DNA of 64,000 nt from Hormiphora californensis (taxonomy: Eukaryota > Animalia > Ctenophora): positions 1,736,001 through 1,800,000 of the forward strand of contig CM035351.1 of assembly GCA_020137815.1 (NCBI GenBank), read 5' to 3'. Every line of letters begins with the position of its first letter. Position 1 is the stretch's first letter. Below the pieces are notes generated by a model, which saw nothing but the letters and a program-made list of their open reading frames with translations, ran no database searches and had not been told where the DNA came from. Positions 13,699 through 33,161 of the stretch are shown here, piece by piece. The position numbers were made by a program, and so were the translations under genes.

Positions 13699-16000
13699 TG
13701 CAATATATGGGATCAATTTGTAGTGATGGTTAGTAAGCATTTAGTATTTTAACTTTCATGGAAGACTCTCGGTTCGAGAGTGAGTGTACTTAAACCGACT
13801 GTATCTAATATAGGACGTGTTAGCAAGAAAACGTGAAAAGTCCTGCACTTAGACTTACTGAAGAAGGTTCCAGTCTCTCCCTTATTTATCAAGGCCTTCT
13901 CTCGCACATCTTCAGCAGCACTGAAACATGGGAGTAAGAATTCAAACGAACTTTCATTGAACCCTACACTCGCCACCTCCCGATTCCCAACTGCATACAC
14001 AGAGCAGACTCCTAGAATTATCCCGGGAAGTGATCCCTTATCAGTACAGACTCAGCCCCAGCAGCTAGTACCTTAGAATATGAGTGGTTGAAGCGCCAAA
14101 GAGAACCAAAGCAAACAAAAACAGCATATTTAGTAGTGCAGATACTAATTCAGGAACATTGACAGGGAGAAGTTTTTAAACGCAAACCGGGTGCAAGAAA
14201 GAGAGACACAATTTGCTGCTGTTGCACCAGTGGCGTGTATGCAAAACTGCTAAAACGGGTGCAAAATTTAGATTTAGCTTGTCCTCTACCACCTCTGTCT
14301 CTCTTTCTCTCCAACTGAGATGTCTCTATAGTTCTCAGTTTCAGCTGTCGTGTACCAAGCAAAAATTAAAAGCAAGAGAAACAGACAGGGACAGAGATAT
14401 ATACAGACGTGGAGGTGGAGAGAGAGACAGAGCTAGATTTAGTGCGTGGCTCGATACTAATGTCACAACTGCTGTGGGGAACCATTAGAGACACTGATTG
14501 TTTTCTCTCCCATTCATTGTATGCCCCATCCGGAAATTGGGAAAGGTGGCGATATCAGTAGGGCGTATGCGATCACCAGGCTGCATTCATAAATTCAACT
14601 TGATTATTAACAAAGGCGCCACATTTAGTCCGGTAGCTGAGAGGAAGGTAGAGAGACTGACTGCCACAATTCCCTAAAGATGCTGTCATGGGTTTGATGG
14701 GAAAATAATTTACGTAATATAAGACGCGACATAAAGATTGAGAGCTTGGGCCTCAAAGATATTTTGCATAAATTATATTCATTTAGCAAGTGACAAAGCC
14801 TAAAGCTGCAGTGGGACTATAGCAAGCCTTGGCAGGCGTGGGAAGTAGGTTAAAGAGACCTCAGCTGTTTTCACGGGAGGGAAAACACACACACTAAGAT
14901 GGAGAGACATGCTGGAGAAGTAGGGACTTGTCGTCAGGGATTAACGGGGGGGGGGGGGGTCATGTTAATTTTGTTAATTAACATCGAAAAAATTTAACGT
15001 CAATTTATCGAGGAAATGGGCATCTAAAAAACCCAGCTCAAATGATACTATCATTGATATAACTGCATGATGCTTGCCCCTTGCTCGACCCTCTCTCACT
15101 GTGCCCCGTAAAAGAAGAACATAACAACATGTTATTCGATAACTTTCATGGTGCGTGTTGATATGCCACATGGTCCACAGTACACCATGACTCTACCTAG
15201 AGAGTGTGACAGTCGTTTCCTGTACAGGTGTCGTGGTACCAGGGGGATGGCGGGCTCCCCTCCCCACCACCAGTGTGACAAGTCCCTAATTAGCAGAACA
15301 GTAGACTCAGAGAGAGAGAGAGAGGGAGAGGGTGATAGGGAGTCTCGTCTCTCCCTCTCTCAAGCGAGAGGGTCAAGCAGCCCGGCGACGATGGCGGCAC
15401 CCCACCAGTCCACTGAATCCGGGCACATTGCCAGTCAGCCAGTCAGCTGTGTCAGGCTGTTAGAGACTTTAATTAGAGAGGGAGATCACAGGGGGGAGGG
15501 GGGGCTCCGTCATAGTTCCCTCCACCTGGATCTCCCTTGCATTCTTCGCAAACATTGTCCCTGTCAATAATAGCCTCATCTATTATGGATCAACTACTTT
15601 ATCCATCGTCATCCCTACCCAGTCCTTGAACCCGGTGCCTCCTTTGCTGCTGCCCATTTTGGCATTCCTCGAACCGATCCAAACTGCCAGTTGTGGGGGT
15701 AGTAATAGGCTCCATTCAGCGAAAATATCCCAGGTCTCTCCCCCATACCGATCGATATAACCTTATTTCCGCTCATTGGTAAAAACCCAACTCATTGTCC
15801 CCATATGATGATTACTCACATCATCGATAGTGGGTTGAGCGTCAAAAGGGTGTTTCGGAATTGAGGAGGGCCACCTGGAGATCACCACCACTTGTACGGA
15901 ATCCCCCTCCCTCAGCGCCACTGAGCTATTATGAATTGTCAATTTGGTGACAGGATGTTGGGCCACTATTAACTAGATCACTAGATCAGGGAGATAGAGG

Positions 16001-16046
<46 letters not shown>

Positions 16047-16335
16047 GAGTGAGAGATAGCGAGAGAGTTTGTGTGGTATGTGGAGAAGAGAGGATAGCTA
16101 AAGACGGGAGATGCAAAGATAGTCGACTTGGCCCACTTATATTATTACTAAGATTCCAAAAATATAAAACGATCAAAAAAAAGACACCCCGGCCATTCTC
16201 TCATTGTCCCCAAGATACCTCACCCAAATAACTTTCAATTTCATTTCCATTTTCATCTGATCCATCCCCTCTCTCTCCAGCTCTCTCCCTCCTCTATTTT
16301 CCCGCACCCCGTTGACGGTGGTAATTCCATTTCAG

Positions 16336-20234
<3,899 letters not shown>

Positions 20235-21281
20235 GGGATCAACTAGAATATATCTGATAGGAGAGAGATACAACTCATGGATAGGAAATAGGAAGACACC
20301 CGCAATGGATGAACAAGAGACAATCACAGCACCTCAAAACACAGTCACCTGACTATGGAGTTGGGGTGATTTCAGACAAATGGACGAACCTCGGTGCAAT
20401 AAAATGAAGAAAAATGACAATTCTGGAGTTTGTGCTGCGGGAGTACGTGTGTGTGTATTATTTGAGACCCAAGGACAGTTTTATATCCGGATGACACAAT
20501 GCGCAGAATCACAATCTTTATATATTTTCGCCTGTTTTAAGGCGAGATCAGATAGCATTGGTCAGCTGCAAAAATCGTGGTTACATTTCATGCTTTTGTG
20601 TTACATTATATCGACACATAATATTTCTTTCAAAACACCCTGAAAACTTGTTTGTAACCATCATGGTAACCGTGACTACTGGAACAATTCTACTCAAAAA
20701 ATCCTCACTACAATCAATCACTGGTAATGCCCATAGGAGGGGTGCTGGTGGCTACAAATACATTGGGCTGCACCTGTTTTTGGTGATAACCCAAGTTCCA
20801 ATCAACTATGGATAGATTTTCAGGGACTAGACAACACACCTCTTCAGGTCTACTCAGAGCACCATACCCAATCTACTCAGCAGCAGACAGTACCTACTCA
20901 CAGTTCATCATAGAGTATCGATATGATTGGGGATCACTCCCCCTCCCCCTAATCACTAATCAGCTGGTAGATTGGGGAGGGAACAAGGAACCACGAAACG
21001 TTATCCAATCATAACACAGGTGTGACATATCACAACAAACAAATCAGGGAGGGGGATCTCATCACAGAGACAATCTGAAGTTCAGGGCGGCCTACTAACA
21101 AGCGTGGCGTGGGATACACCGCGGAAATGTGATCGCACCGCCCATCTGATATGAAGAAGGGGAGGGGACCTCATAATTGCCCCCCTAGGGGGGAGCCAGC
21201 CCTAGGTACGGAAGGGTGGTAGGGGGGTATAAGAGGGGGTCCACTCCAGTTTGAGTTATTAACAATTCTTGTGTTGTCATT

Positions 21282-23778
21282 ATGAGTTCCCTGCCATTAC
21301 CTGTTTTTGCAACTCCCCCTGCCTCCTACCATCACCATCCCCACCAGCATCATTGGACTTCAGCCCCACCATTCAAACCCGCCATACCTCAAGGTAAGAA
21401 TAGTGTTCAATGAACAACACAGCTCAGTCAAAGTGTTCTTTAGTGTTCAATGAACAATACTTGTTGAGTAAGGGTTGAGAGAGAGAGATCTCTCACCCCT
21501 TACTCAACAATGAACAACTTAGTGTATGTGTTCTTTTAGGTGTAATTCAAACACTCTTCACAGCACTAGTTTGTTAATGTGTTTTTTCAATTCAATGTAT
21601 GCCGTCATGTTTAGTGATGAAGTTTGGTAGTATCAACTTCCGTTGTTTTTAATTTGTAGTATCATACTCCATTGTTTTCAAGTATGTGGCCACAGTTTCA
21701 TTCAGTAAATAAAGTAGCTGTAAATCTAGTGCAGGGGTCCTGACAAATCTCCTAGTATACGATTTACTTGTTGTATTGGAAATCACACGAAATACGTAAC
21801 ACGTGTTCCCTGATTAGCTTCATCTTGACCCTCTTCCTCACATCACACCATGGTCACCTCACCACGTAGCACCACGTTTCGGGTCCGATATCGCTCTCTC
21901 CTAATTAAGCCATCACAACACCTAATTAGGGCACACTCTTGCAGCACATGGTGGTGTGCAGTGACGGATAGAACCGGTGTATTCGTATGTTTGTGTCCTA
22001 CACAACACATGCCTCTCTGTGTGTGCTGCTCTGTTTATATTTAAGCACCGGTACGACAGATGTTGTCCAGGATTAGCCACACTCTATTTTTACACTTGCA
22101 CTATTGTTCTACTGCTGATACCATGACATACGTAGACCTACTGGCATGTGCACCCACTGGTGGAGGGTCCGGATCATCTCCCCACCATCACCATCATCAC
22201 CAGTTTGGAGCAGCACCACCCCCACCACTACCTGGATCTGGGATACTCCACGAGCACTTAGGTTGTTGTTAAAACACACGTGTCGTGTTGATTGGACAGT
22301 TAATTGGTCGTTAGGAACAAAGATTGTTTAGAACCTATATCACATGTGGCCCTAACTGCACTGCCTGATTCTATCTCACTTCTCTGTTGAGTTGCAATAG
22401 TTTGTTGAGCAACTCAAGCAGTAGTAGTTTTATTTTTGATGTTGCTAACACTTGCTTCTCTCCACAGGTGGTCCCAGTTCCCCCCGGACACCTCCCATTG
22501 CCAAGACACCCACTTCTCAGTTCTACTTTCAGTTCCCTCCAACACCGGTGGTAAGTTCTTTCGACACCTCTTGTTTGTTTAGATAGTAGTATGGCATTGC
22601 AAGTGTGTTTGTACATATAGACTGCAGCTCAGTAGAGCTATCTAGCACCTCTCCCGTGAAACTGTTTGTTTCTTTAGTGCTGCAGTCATGTTGGTGCTGT
22701 TGTACTGCCTATCAGTTTAGGTTACATCTGTATTATATGTCTGAGGTGAGATATTCACTCAGTTTAGCCTAAAGATTAGGACCTAAAGTTTAGATTGTTT
22801 GAAGCTGTAGAAGATCGTATTAATATTGCGACTATTAGTTCTTCTCTCTATTAACACCACTCTCTCCCCCCTAGACGCCGACCTACAGTCCCAGTACACC
22901 AGTCCGATCGGAGCCCATCTTTACCTTCCCTGAACCCCTCCAAATCACACCTCCACTACAAACAACAACCTCTCCCGGCCTCCCTCCTCTCTCCTCGTCA
23001 CCACCCCTCTGTAACCTCCTCCCTCCCCACCCTCCCCTGGATGTACTGAACGATGTCACTCTCTGCCCACCCCTGGACACCACCCAGGACGGATCCGGAC
23101 CATACATCGTCCCAACTACCACCTGGGGACCTCCTCCCCCACCCCACCACCACGACCCCTACACCAACTTCCTGCTGCAACAAAACCCCTGCCACCCTGT
23201 ACCCGATCTGAGTGAGGAGGTGATCAAGAACAGCATCAGCAGCAGTGAGCTGTTTCTCAGTCACCATGGTTACCAGCCTACCTACCCACCACCCCCACCC
23301 GTTACCACGACCAACACCACGGTGACAACCCAACAGCAGCGGACACCACCCTCCAGCCTGCATGATAATGAGAAATACTTTGTAACTGGGGCACCTCACG
23401 GAAACTTCTGTTATGTTACTCACGGCAAGGTAAGGAACAATTCCCCCTATCTCCCCTGTTCTGTCCTAGACCGAAGTGATTGATTTCCACCCTGACCCTA
23501 TTGTATCCCAATTTGACCAACCCTAAATACATCGCAATATATCTCTAACACGTACCTCTCTCCGTCTGCAGGTGAAACCAAGGAAAAGGACAGCCTTCAC
23601 AGAGCGCCAACAATTCCAACTCGAGGAGGCCTTTGAGCGAAAGAACTACATCAGCACAGCAGAACGGCACCAGCTATCCCAGGAGATCGGTCTGTCCGTG
23701 CACACCATCCTTCTCTGGTACCAGAACAAGCGGGCCAGGCTGAAGAAACGAGGCATCCCTGCTAAGCGATGTGATTGA
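21282..23778 (+). CDS. Divergent ANTP-class (NK-like) homeobox transcription factor; exons 21282-21393 (or alternative 22123-22261), 22468-22550, 22875-23429, 23572-23778
   Basis: Homeodomain KPRKRTAFTERQQFQLEEAFERKNYISTAERHQLSQEIGLSVHTILLWYQNKRARLKK; Pro/His-rich N-terminus; junctions in phase; TATA-like tataag at ~21228. Confidence 0.9.
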
Positions 23779-24501
23779 TGTGAGAGAGATGGGAGGAAAG
23801 AGAGACTAAGGGTCGGGGACTTTTTATTTTCTTACATTTCTAGTAAGATTATTATGTTTTTAGATTCAGCTGCTTTCTACTTGTGTTTTCTGCAGTATTT
23901 TAGCTTTAGATTTCGAGAGAGAGATTTATTTTTTAGTATTTTAACTATCAATTGAGTGAGAGAGCGAGAGAGAGCGAGAATCTGATCTATACTTTCTTCA
24001 TTTCTTTGAAAGGGTTGCTACTGATTTTTAGGTGTGCTTCTAACGAATTCTACGCCGGTGTAGTGTGTTACTATTTACTATTTCTCAGTTTAACTGAAAT
24101 TACACCAAACCTAAATCTTGTGTTTTAATTTCATGGCCTATTGAAGGGGGGGGGGGGGGGTCAGTGGGATTGTTGGGTACTAATCAATTTGTCCTCAATA
24201 TATGGCTCATTTTATGTTTGAGTGAATTTAGCTAGTGGTGCTATTAGATTAGTAGTTCTATAGACGTGTGTCGAATGCCAGGGCCCAGCCCCTGCCGGGG
24301 AGAGTTTTCTACTGTGTACGTGTGTCAGTGGTGTAATAAAGTTAGCTTTTTATCCCTCTCTCTATGTTTATCCATAGATTCTACAAAAAATAGCTGGTCG
24401 ATTGGATTTAGGCCAAATAAATTAAGAGAAAAGAAAGCATAAACACACGGCTCCCGTACACACCAAACACGTGCCATAAAAAACAGAGTCCCACAGCTTT
24501 A

Positions 24502-25917
24502 TCATGATATTCTGAAGACCTTGACACTACCACTATCATCACATGTCACCACTAGATTCTCGGATATCCTCATGTCCAGTAGTTGGGAGGAATGTCCACC
24601 CGTTACCTCAGCAATTACCTCTCCCTGGTCCACATCCCATACCCGCACAATTCCGTCCAGACAACAGGTTACCAGATGATGCTCACTGTCCCCCGCCCAC
24701 TGGGTCTTCACAACACCATCGGGGTGGGTGAGGATGGTTCGGAGTCGTTGGAGGGCTGTATCCCAGACACACACACGATCCTTCACATAGGAGGCAGCAA
24801 CTAGGTGTCGTTTTGGATGAAATGCAATGTGCTCCACAGAGTCATCCATGTTACCCTTAACTCCAGGGACCTTCTCTCTCAGTGTACCGATCACTTTACC
24901 GCCCCCGGATATCAGATGCAGGGTTGAGTCAGTTCCCCCAACTAGTAAGAGCCCATCATCAGGTGCCCGGCCAACACTCGTCAACTCAGCCCTCACCTCA
25001 ACCGACACAGACGCCTCCCCAGATTTGAGGTCTAGGACCTTGATTCCTCCGTCCTGGTAACCCACCAGGAGGTGCCTGTTGGTAGACAGAAAGGCAGCAT
25101 CCACAGGAGGTGCCGATGAGAGCTGGATGGTTTTAGTTTCAAATGAGGGGACCTTCCACATCCAGATACCACCCTCAACTGTGCCAGCCAGGAGAATCGG
25201 GACGACAGGATGCCATTTCACCCACAGCACATCACCAACTTCAAAGTCCCAGATCTTGGAGTGGGTTGCTGTCTCAAACATTTGGATGAATCCAGAGAGA
25301 TCAGCAGTGAAGTAGTACTTGTCCCCCGCACAGAACCCAACGTGAGTTACCGAGTCCTTGTGGCCCTCAATCTTCTTCGTGTCTTCTTTGTCGTCTGAAA
25401 ACGGGGAAGGTTGGAGTTAGAAACAGTGGAAATTCTTTCCCCAGGTTCCATCTCATAATTGCAGAACGAAAAAAAAACAAGGGGGACCCTAAACATAAAC
25501 ACACTTACTGGCATCGTTTGCGATGTTCCACACATATGCCAGGTCATCCTCTCCTCCTGATAGGACAATCTGTTCATTTCCAGATATAGCAACACAGAAC
25601 ACAGAGCCAGAGTGAACATTTAGTGTCCTCTCTGACATGTCTTCATCTTCTACACCCTGAAATACATGTTACTTAGCATTGTATGAACAGACACATGAAT
25701 ATATAAAAAAAGAGTCCTCTCTATAGAACTGAGGGGGAGGTAAAAAGTTGAAGAGTATTTCCCTCATAATCACCTCAATTTCGTCAGGTATATCGATGAT
25801 ATCGTCCTCCTGCTCCTCAGGACCACCATCCCCCTCATCATCAGCCTCAACATCCTCACCCATCATCTCTTCCTCCATGTCCTCCTCCCTACTGTCTGGT
25901 GCTCCGTCTGTCATCAT
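24502..25917 (-). CDS. AAMP: WD40 protein AAMP (Sqt1-like uL16 chaperone); three exons
   Basis: Acidic N-terminus, HSGSVFCVAI...SGGEDDLAYVW, GHKDSVTHVGF, WVKWHPVVPILLAGTVEGGIWMWKVP. Confidence 0.85.
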
Positions 25918-26375
25918 GATGGTGCTGTGCTAAAGGAGGATAGGTGGGTTAATTAGTGGGGTATGGGAGGAATATAAAGGGTTAGGGGGCTGTGTACTAC
26001 TACCAGGTAAGTGGCGATGGTTGGAGAGGTCAAAGTCAAGAGGATCGTTGAACTTGAACTTGAAGTTGTGAGGTGTGGGTAACACATGATGGCGCGCGTG
26101 ATGGAAAAAACTAGTGCTGACAAATGCGCTTTTCACAGATTTTGTCGGTTTGGAGATTGCGCCAACGCGCCAAGAGTGGGACAGAGGTTGTGCCACACGG
26201 AGTGCAGCTGCAGAATTCAATTCCCCGGTGGTTGATTCCCAATTCTTACTTGGGAATGGACCGGGGAACTAAACTGAATTCTAGAGGGGGGTTGATATTA
26301 AAACACTCAAAAGTGACAGTATTAAAAACAAGGGCTACAACAGGTCCAAAACTGGTTAAAACACAGAATCCTCTC

Positions 26376-27980
<1,605 letters not shown>

Positions 27981-28180
27981 TGCTAAACACTGATACAAGA
28001 TAAGGATTAGTATTTGACAGTGAAAAGTGAAAGGTTGATTATGCAAAGATAATTTATTCGATTCTAGTTGAATAAAAAGTAACTCATTTTATGGGGCCAA
28101 TAAATTAGTAACTTAACAGTACAAAACCGAGATAGCAACACTGACAAGACAAAGAGTTAGTTCATTTCAGATTTTCCTCC

Positions 28181-28672
28181 TTAGGTACAACCCTCTGTAG
28201 AACACTCCGTGGCTTCCGGGTGATAGATCCTATCCACACTAACATACAACTTATCCTTTCCATTCACTGTCTCCCAGTGATACCTGACCCGCCCTAGGGC
28301 ATCAGCTTTCAGTACGTTTCTCCCATCTCTTGATCTCTAGGTAGACGTTGTCTCCCGCTAGGATTGTTTCTGCGCTTCGGATCCTAGCAACCACCCGGCC
28401 AGGACTAACACCATCTCCTACAAAGGATATTGAAGTGTTATTAAGTGTAATCAGAAATGATCAATGGAGAATGGTCAGATTACAAAATGAGATGACGAGA
28501 AACGGATAACAGTTAAAAAAAGGAGGGGGGTAGTTATGAACTAACCATCTTCGTAGACGCGTCCCCAGAACTTGTCTTTGTTGATAGGCCGTCTCCGGTT
28601 ATAGAACTCACTGGTAAACAGACCTCTAATACAGGTAGTTCGAGCCAAGCTTGGAACTCTTGTCAGTGACAT
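28181..28672 (-). CDS. MRPL27: Mitochondrial ribosomal protein bL27m-like; two exons; apparent +1 frameshift near 28330-28340
   Basis: Arg-rich presequence-like start; GDGVSPGRVVARIRSAETILAGDNVY, then in the +1 frame SRDGRNVLKADALGRVRY...KLYVSV, resembling bL27. Confidence 0.6.
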
Positions 28673-28838
28673 GGATAGGGCTACGGAAGGTGAAACTGTT
28701 CGAGATGGAGTAGGGTAGGCTTGATAATCAATGAAGAGTCAGGAGACAGAAAACGTTAGTTGTTGTTGGATGGTCAAAAGTTTAAAAGTTCAATAAATTA
28801 GATAACAAAAAAAAGCTGCAACTGTCTCTAAAACTTCT

Positions 28839-31800
28839 CTAACCATCTAATTCATTGCTTTCTTTTAACGATTTAACCAACTGTTTCTTTGTTTTTCGCT
28901 TCTCTCGTTTTAACTTCTGTTCCTTCTTCTTTGACCAACTCTCCATCACCTTTCCCCTACCCTCTCTTTTCACCTCCTTAGGCCCGTCCTGCAGTCTTTT
29001 CAACCTTATTTTCTCCCTAACTTTATCCTTGTATGGGATCCCAGAGGTATCGACTGTCCCACATTTCACCTCAACGCCCCTTCCCTTCAGTTCGGGCACC
29101 TTTGGGACTTCCAATAGGGCATATGACTCAACAACCCCTCCCACATCGAGCTCCTTTAGGATGAAGATCGCCTTAGAGCTGTGTTTAGTGTAAAACTGGA
29201 TAAAAGAAACAAATGCCCTGACTGATTTCTCAAACAAATCTCGATCATGCATCAGCATCTTTCGAACTTTTACAGTAGCTGGGAGGATTTCAAATGCTGG
29301 GGTGTACTCCTGAAAACGGAAGAAAGCAACATTAATCTGTGAAGAAAAGAATTACATAATAATAATTTAGCTTTGAAAACCAAACTTTAATAAAAATTCG
29401 AACCTCTAAGGGAGCTTTCTGACTGATCTTTAAATAATCCACATAAGCGAGTTCAGAAGGTGCCAGGAACAGAAGTGCCCTTCCCTCCGTCCCCATTCGG
29501 GCTGTTCTGCCACAACTGAGAAAAATCGTAATTCTATATGGTACTAAGTAAATCGATTTAAAAAAGGACATGTCATTAAATATATATATCCAATGCAATG
29601 TACCATTAGAAGTTTCAATATGTTTACCGGTGAACGAATTCCTCAGGTTCCCGGGGAGGATCAAACTGTAACACCCACTCCACGTTAGGAACATCAACAC
29701 CCCTTGCCAGTACACTGGTACACAACAATATACCCCTGTTCATTGTGCGGAACTGGGAGAACAGATCATCCCTGTTCTTCTTCATTTTACCGTGGAGTAG
29801 GAGAACCTGTGGTGGAACAGTACCGTTCACGGCGTGCCTGGTGAAATTTTAACACGACCTAGCATGCGACGGGAAACCACCACTTGTACGTGGTAGCTGA
29901 GGGTCTACAGAATGGCGCTACGGTGCGGGATAAAAAAATCCATTCCCTAAAATCTTGTTTTTTACTTTTATTTGATTTGGGTCAAAATTGGCTATATTAA
30001 ACGTGGTCCCGAAAAATCCATAATGACTTAGCACACGAAATATGTCACCCCTACCTATTTTTGCACGTAGAATCGATTGCCGTTGAAGTCGAATCACTAA
30101 AATGACTGTAAAATGGTCAAAAGTTGATTTTTTACCATTTTTTGGAGGTTTTTGGCCCCTAAACCATTGAAAACGTTGAGATAGGAATTTGAAACTAGTG
30201 CCAATCGTTAAAATGGTCATTTTTCTACCAAGAACCAAGTTTTCGTGTATATCCGATTTATGGTTAGATTTGGGCAAATTGTTGAAATCTGCCAACTAGG
30301 AGAACCGTAACTTGATTTTCTTGTTTTTTGGATTTTGGCATTTTTGACAAACTTCTGATTGAAATGGTCAATCGGGACCATGCTTAAGTTGTTTATGGGA
30401 CAATTTTCGACTAAAATCCAAGATTTCATACCAATCCAATAACAGATCGTTGATTTATAGAAAATTTAAGTAGGCAAAACGGTCAAAATAAGCAAGAAAA
30501 GTTGTTATTTTGACCGTTTTGCCTACTTAAATTTTCTATAAATCAACGATCTGTTATTGGATTGGTATGAAATCTTGGATTTTAGTCGAAAATTGTCCCA
30601 TAAACAACTTAAGCATGGTCCCGATTGACCATTTCAATCAGAAGTTTGTCAAAAATGCCAAAATCCAAAAAACAAGAAAATCAAGTTACGGTTCTCCTAG
30701 TTGGCAGATTTCAACAATTTGCCCAAATCTAACCATAAATCGGATATACACGAAAACTTGGTTCTTGGTAGAAAAATGACCATTTTAACGATTGGCACTA
30801 GTTTCAAATTCCTATCTCAACGTTTTCAATGGTTTAGGGGCCAAAAACCTCCAAAAAATGGTAAAAAATCAACTTTTGACCATTTTAAAGTCATTTTAGT
30901 GATTCGACTTCAACGGCAATCGATTCTACGTGCAAAAATAGGTAGGGGTGACATATTTCGTGTGCTAAGTCATTATGGATTTTTCGGGACCACGTTTAAT
31001 ATAGCCAATTTTGACCCAAATCAAATAAAAGTAAAAAACAAGATTTTAGGGAATGGATTTTTTTATCCCGCACCGTAGCGCCATTCTGTAGACCCTCAGC
31101 TACCACGTACAAGTGGTGGTTTCCCGTCGCATGCTAGGTCGTGTTAAAATTTCACCAGGCACGCCGTGCGTTAGTTTATTATCAGTTGAGCTTGCTAATC
31201 AGTGAATCAACCTATTGTATTCATCATATTATGATAAAATAAGTGAAGACTGAAGGGCATACTTGAATTCAGGGCATTATTCCCTACCTTGTTTTGCTAG
31301 ACCCTGGCCTGTCTCACCCTACCTTGGTGTTTTTGAAGATTGTAGTGATGAGTTTCCCAAGGTACTCCACTGCCGCACACGTACTGACAAAAACCATCTT
31401 CTTACCATCCTTCTCGTGCCGTAAAAAGGAGAGGAGGGTAGAGAGCTTCATTTCTTCTTGACAACAGATGTAGTAGTTCCGTAGTGACAGAGGTGTCTTC
31501 TGGATCTGGGGTGGTCAATGGCCGTGAGAATTATGGTGATATAGATTTTAAGAAGTATAAAGACAAACCTAACTCACTCATAAAAAGGGCATGAACATCA
31601 TGTACCTGTCTTGCTGCATTAAATTTCTGTTTCACAGTCACTCTGTAAGGGTTCCTGAGACCTGCCCTGATCAGATCTTCTACTTGATCTGTCTGGGTTG
31701 CACTAAATAGTCCCGTACGTCTCTGAAAGAGAGGAAGATCATTTATTAAATTCAAATACAGGCTCTGTTGCTCAATACACAATACTGATTACTGGATAGC

Positions 31801-32544
31801 GTAACACAGAGTAAACGCTGCACAGTGAACACTGAACAGTCACATGAAAAAGAGGAACCCCCCACTAACATGTTTGTTTGTTTGTCAACCAACCTGTTTA
31901 GGGAGTGAGGTGAGTATAGAAGTTAGTTGTTTCTGGAAGCCCAGTCTCAGCAACATATCAGCCTCATCCAGCACCAACATCTCCAACTGTTTGAGATAGG
32001 GTGCCAACCAGGGTAGTGCCTGATCGAGTCTCCCTGGTGTGGCTATCAGGATATTACCACCCAATGTCTTGAACTGTTTCTGATCCTCCTCTGGTTTTGT
32101 GTGACCCCCAACAAAGGTAGCAATTGACATGTCAGGTATTTTGTTGGTGAACTTCTTGACAACCTGTTCCGTCTGGAGAGCTAACTCTTGGGTGGGTGAG
32201 ATGATCAGGCCGATAACATCGGTCTTCCTTGGTGGTGTGGAGAGGGTGACGAATTTGTTCAGCATTGGCACGACAAACGCTAGAGTCTTTCCTGAAAGGA
32301 GAAAAATTTAATGATACGTGAACAAATAGATGTCATCAGTCATCACCACTACCAAATACCGGATGCTGCAGTGAAAACAGAATCTCTAAATACCTGAGCC
32401 AGTGACCGCTTCAACTGCGACATCTTTACAAGTGAGAAACAGAGGAATACAGTGCTCCTGGACTGGTGTCAATGAGGTGAACTGGAAATCTTCTGTAATC
32501 GTATCAAATACCTGTTTTCGTATTGACAAATCATTCCATTTCAT
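28839..32544 (-). CDS. DDX55: DEAD-box RNA helicase DDX55/Spb4; seven exons
   Basis: [26 protein letters not shown]|[66 protein letters not shown], Lys-rich tail. Confidence 0.95.
29828..31168. mobile_element. Near-perfect 1341-bp palindromic DNA element, CAC...GTG termini, 4-bp TSD (cgtt); Chapaev/CMC-like non-autonomous element in a DDX55 intron
   Basis: 664-bp inverted arms, 13-nt loop at 30492-30504, one mismatch noticed; TSD at 29824-29827 and 31169-31172. Confidence 0.92.
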
Positions 32545-32627
32545 CGCTGTTTTCTAAATCGAAAGAATTAGATTATTTCGATTCGCCTGATAAAATAGGG
32601 GGAAAGACAAACCAATCTATAATAAGA

Positions 32628-32840
32628 TTATTTTTCCAAGTCCCGACACTGGTCACTGTCGATTGAACAGTGTTCAGTCATAGTGGGAACTGTACAATAA
32701 GGTAAGATATATAGCAGGGGCAGTGGACAACGTGGGCCTTTGCTGTAATGGGATTCTGGGATCGAGGGGGGGGTATAATTCGAATAAAAAGCCCAATTTT
32801 TAAAATAAATTAACATATGTATCTATAAAACCAACATTTT
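32628..32840 (-). pseudogene. Relic duplicate of the BTB gene 5' end (acceptor, ATG and upstream flank)
   Basis: 32671-32840 resembles 34831-35011 (tgttcagtcatagt..actgtacaataag..aggggcagtg..ggggggt.taattcga.taaaa..cccaatttttaaaata.attaacata); the frame MTEH... stops after 17 codons. Confidence 0.6.
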
Positions 32841-33161
32841 TTAAAACCCACATTTATAAAACCAACTGAATTGTCAGCTATGAAAGAAAAGTCTAGAACT
32901 TAAAAAGTTTTAAAAAATTATGTAGGGGAGTCCGTGAAATTTTTCTTCACTTTCTATAGCAACCCTGGGCTTTGTCAGGGTGTCGTCAACAAATAGTTCG
33001 GTGGAATGGATCTGCAGTTCTGGTGGTGATGCTTTGGGAGGGTTTGAAAAGGCATCTAAGGCGAAACTCCACTAACCTCGGGGATGATTAAAGATTATTG
33101 CAGTAGGAAGGATCTCAAATCCTCATACATGGCGCAATCCAGAAGGAAGTGAGTCTCGTCT

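Noticed and set aside
29918-31078. Mirror-image 125-aa and 70-aa ORF pairs
   Set aside because: Artefact of the palindrome; no transposase or other recognisable motifs
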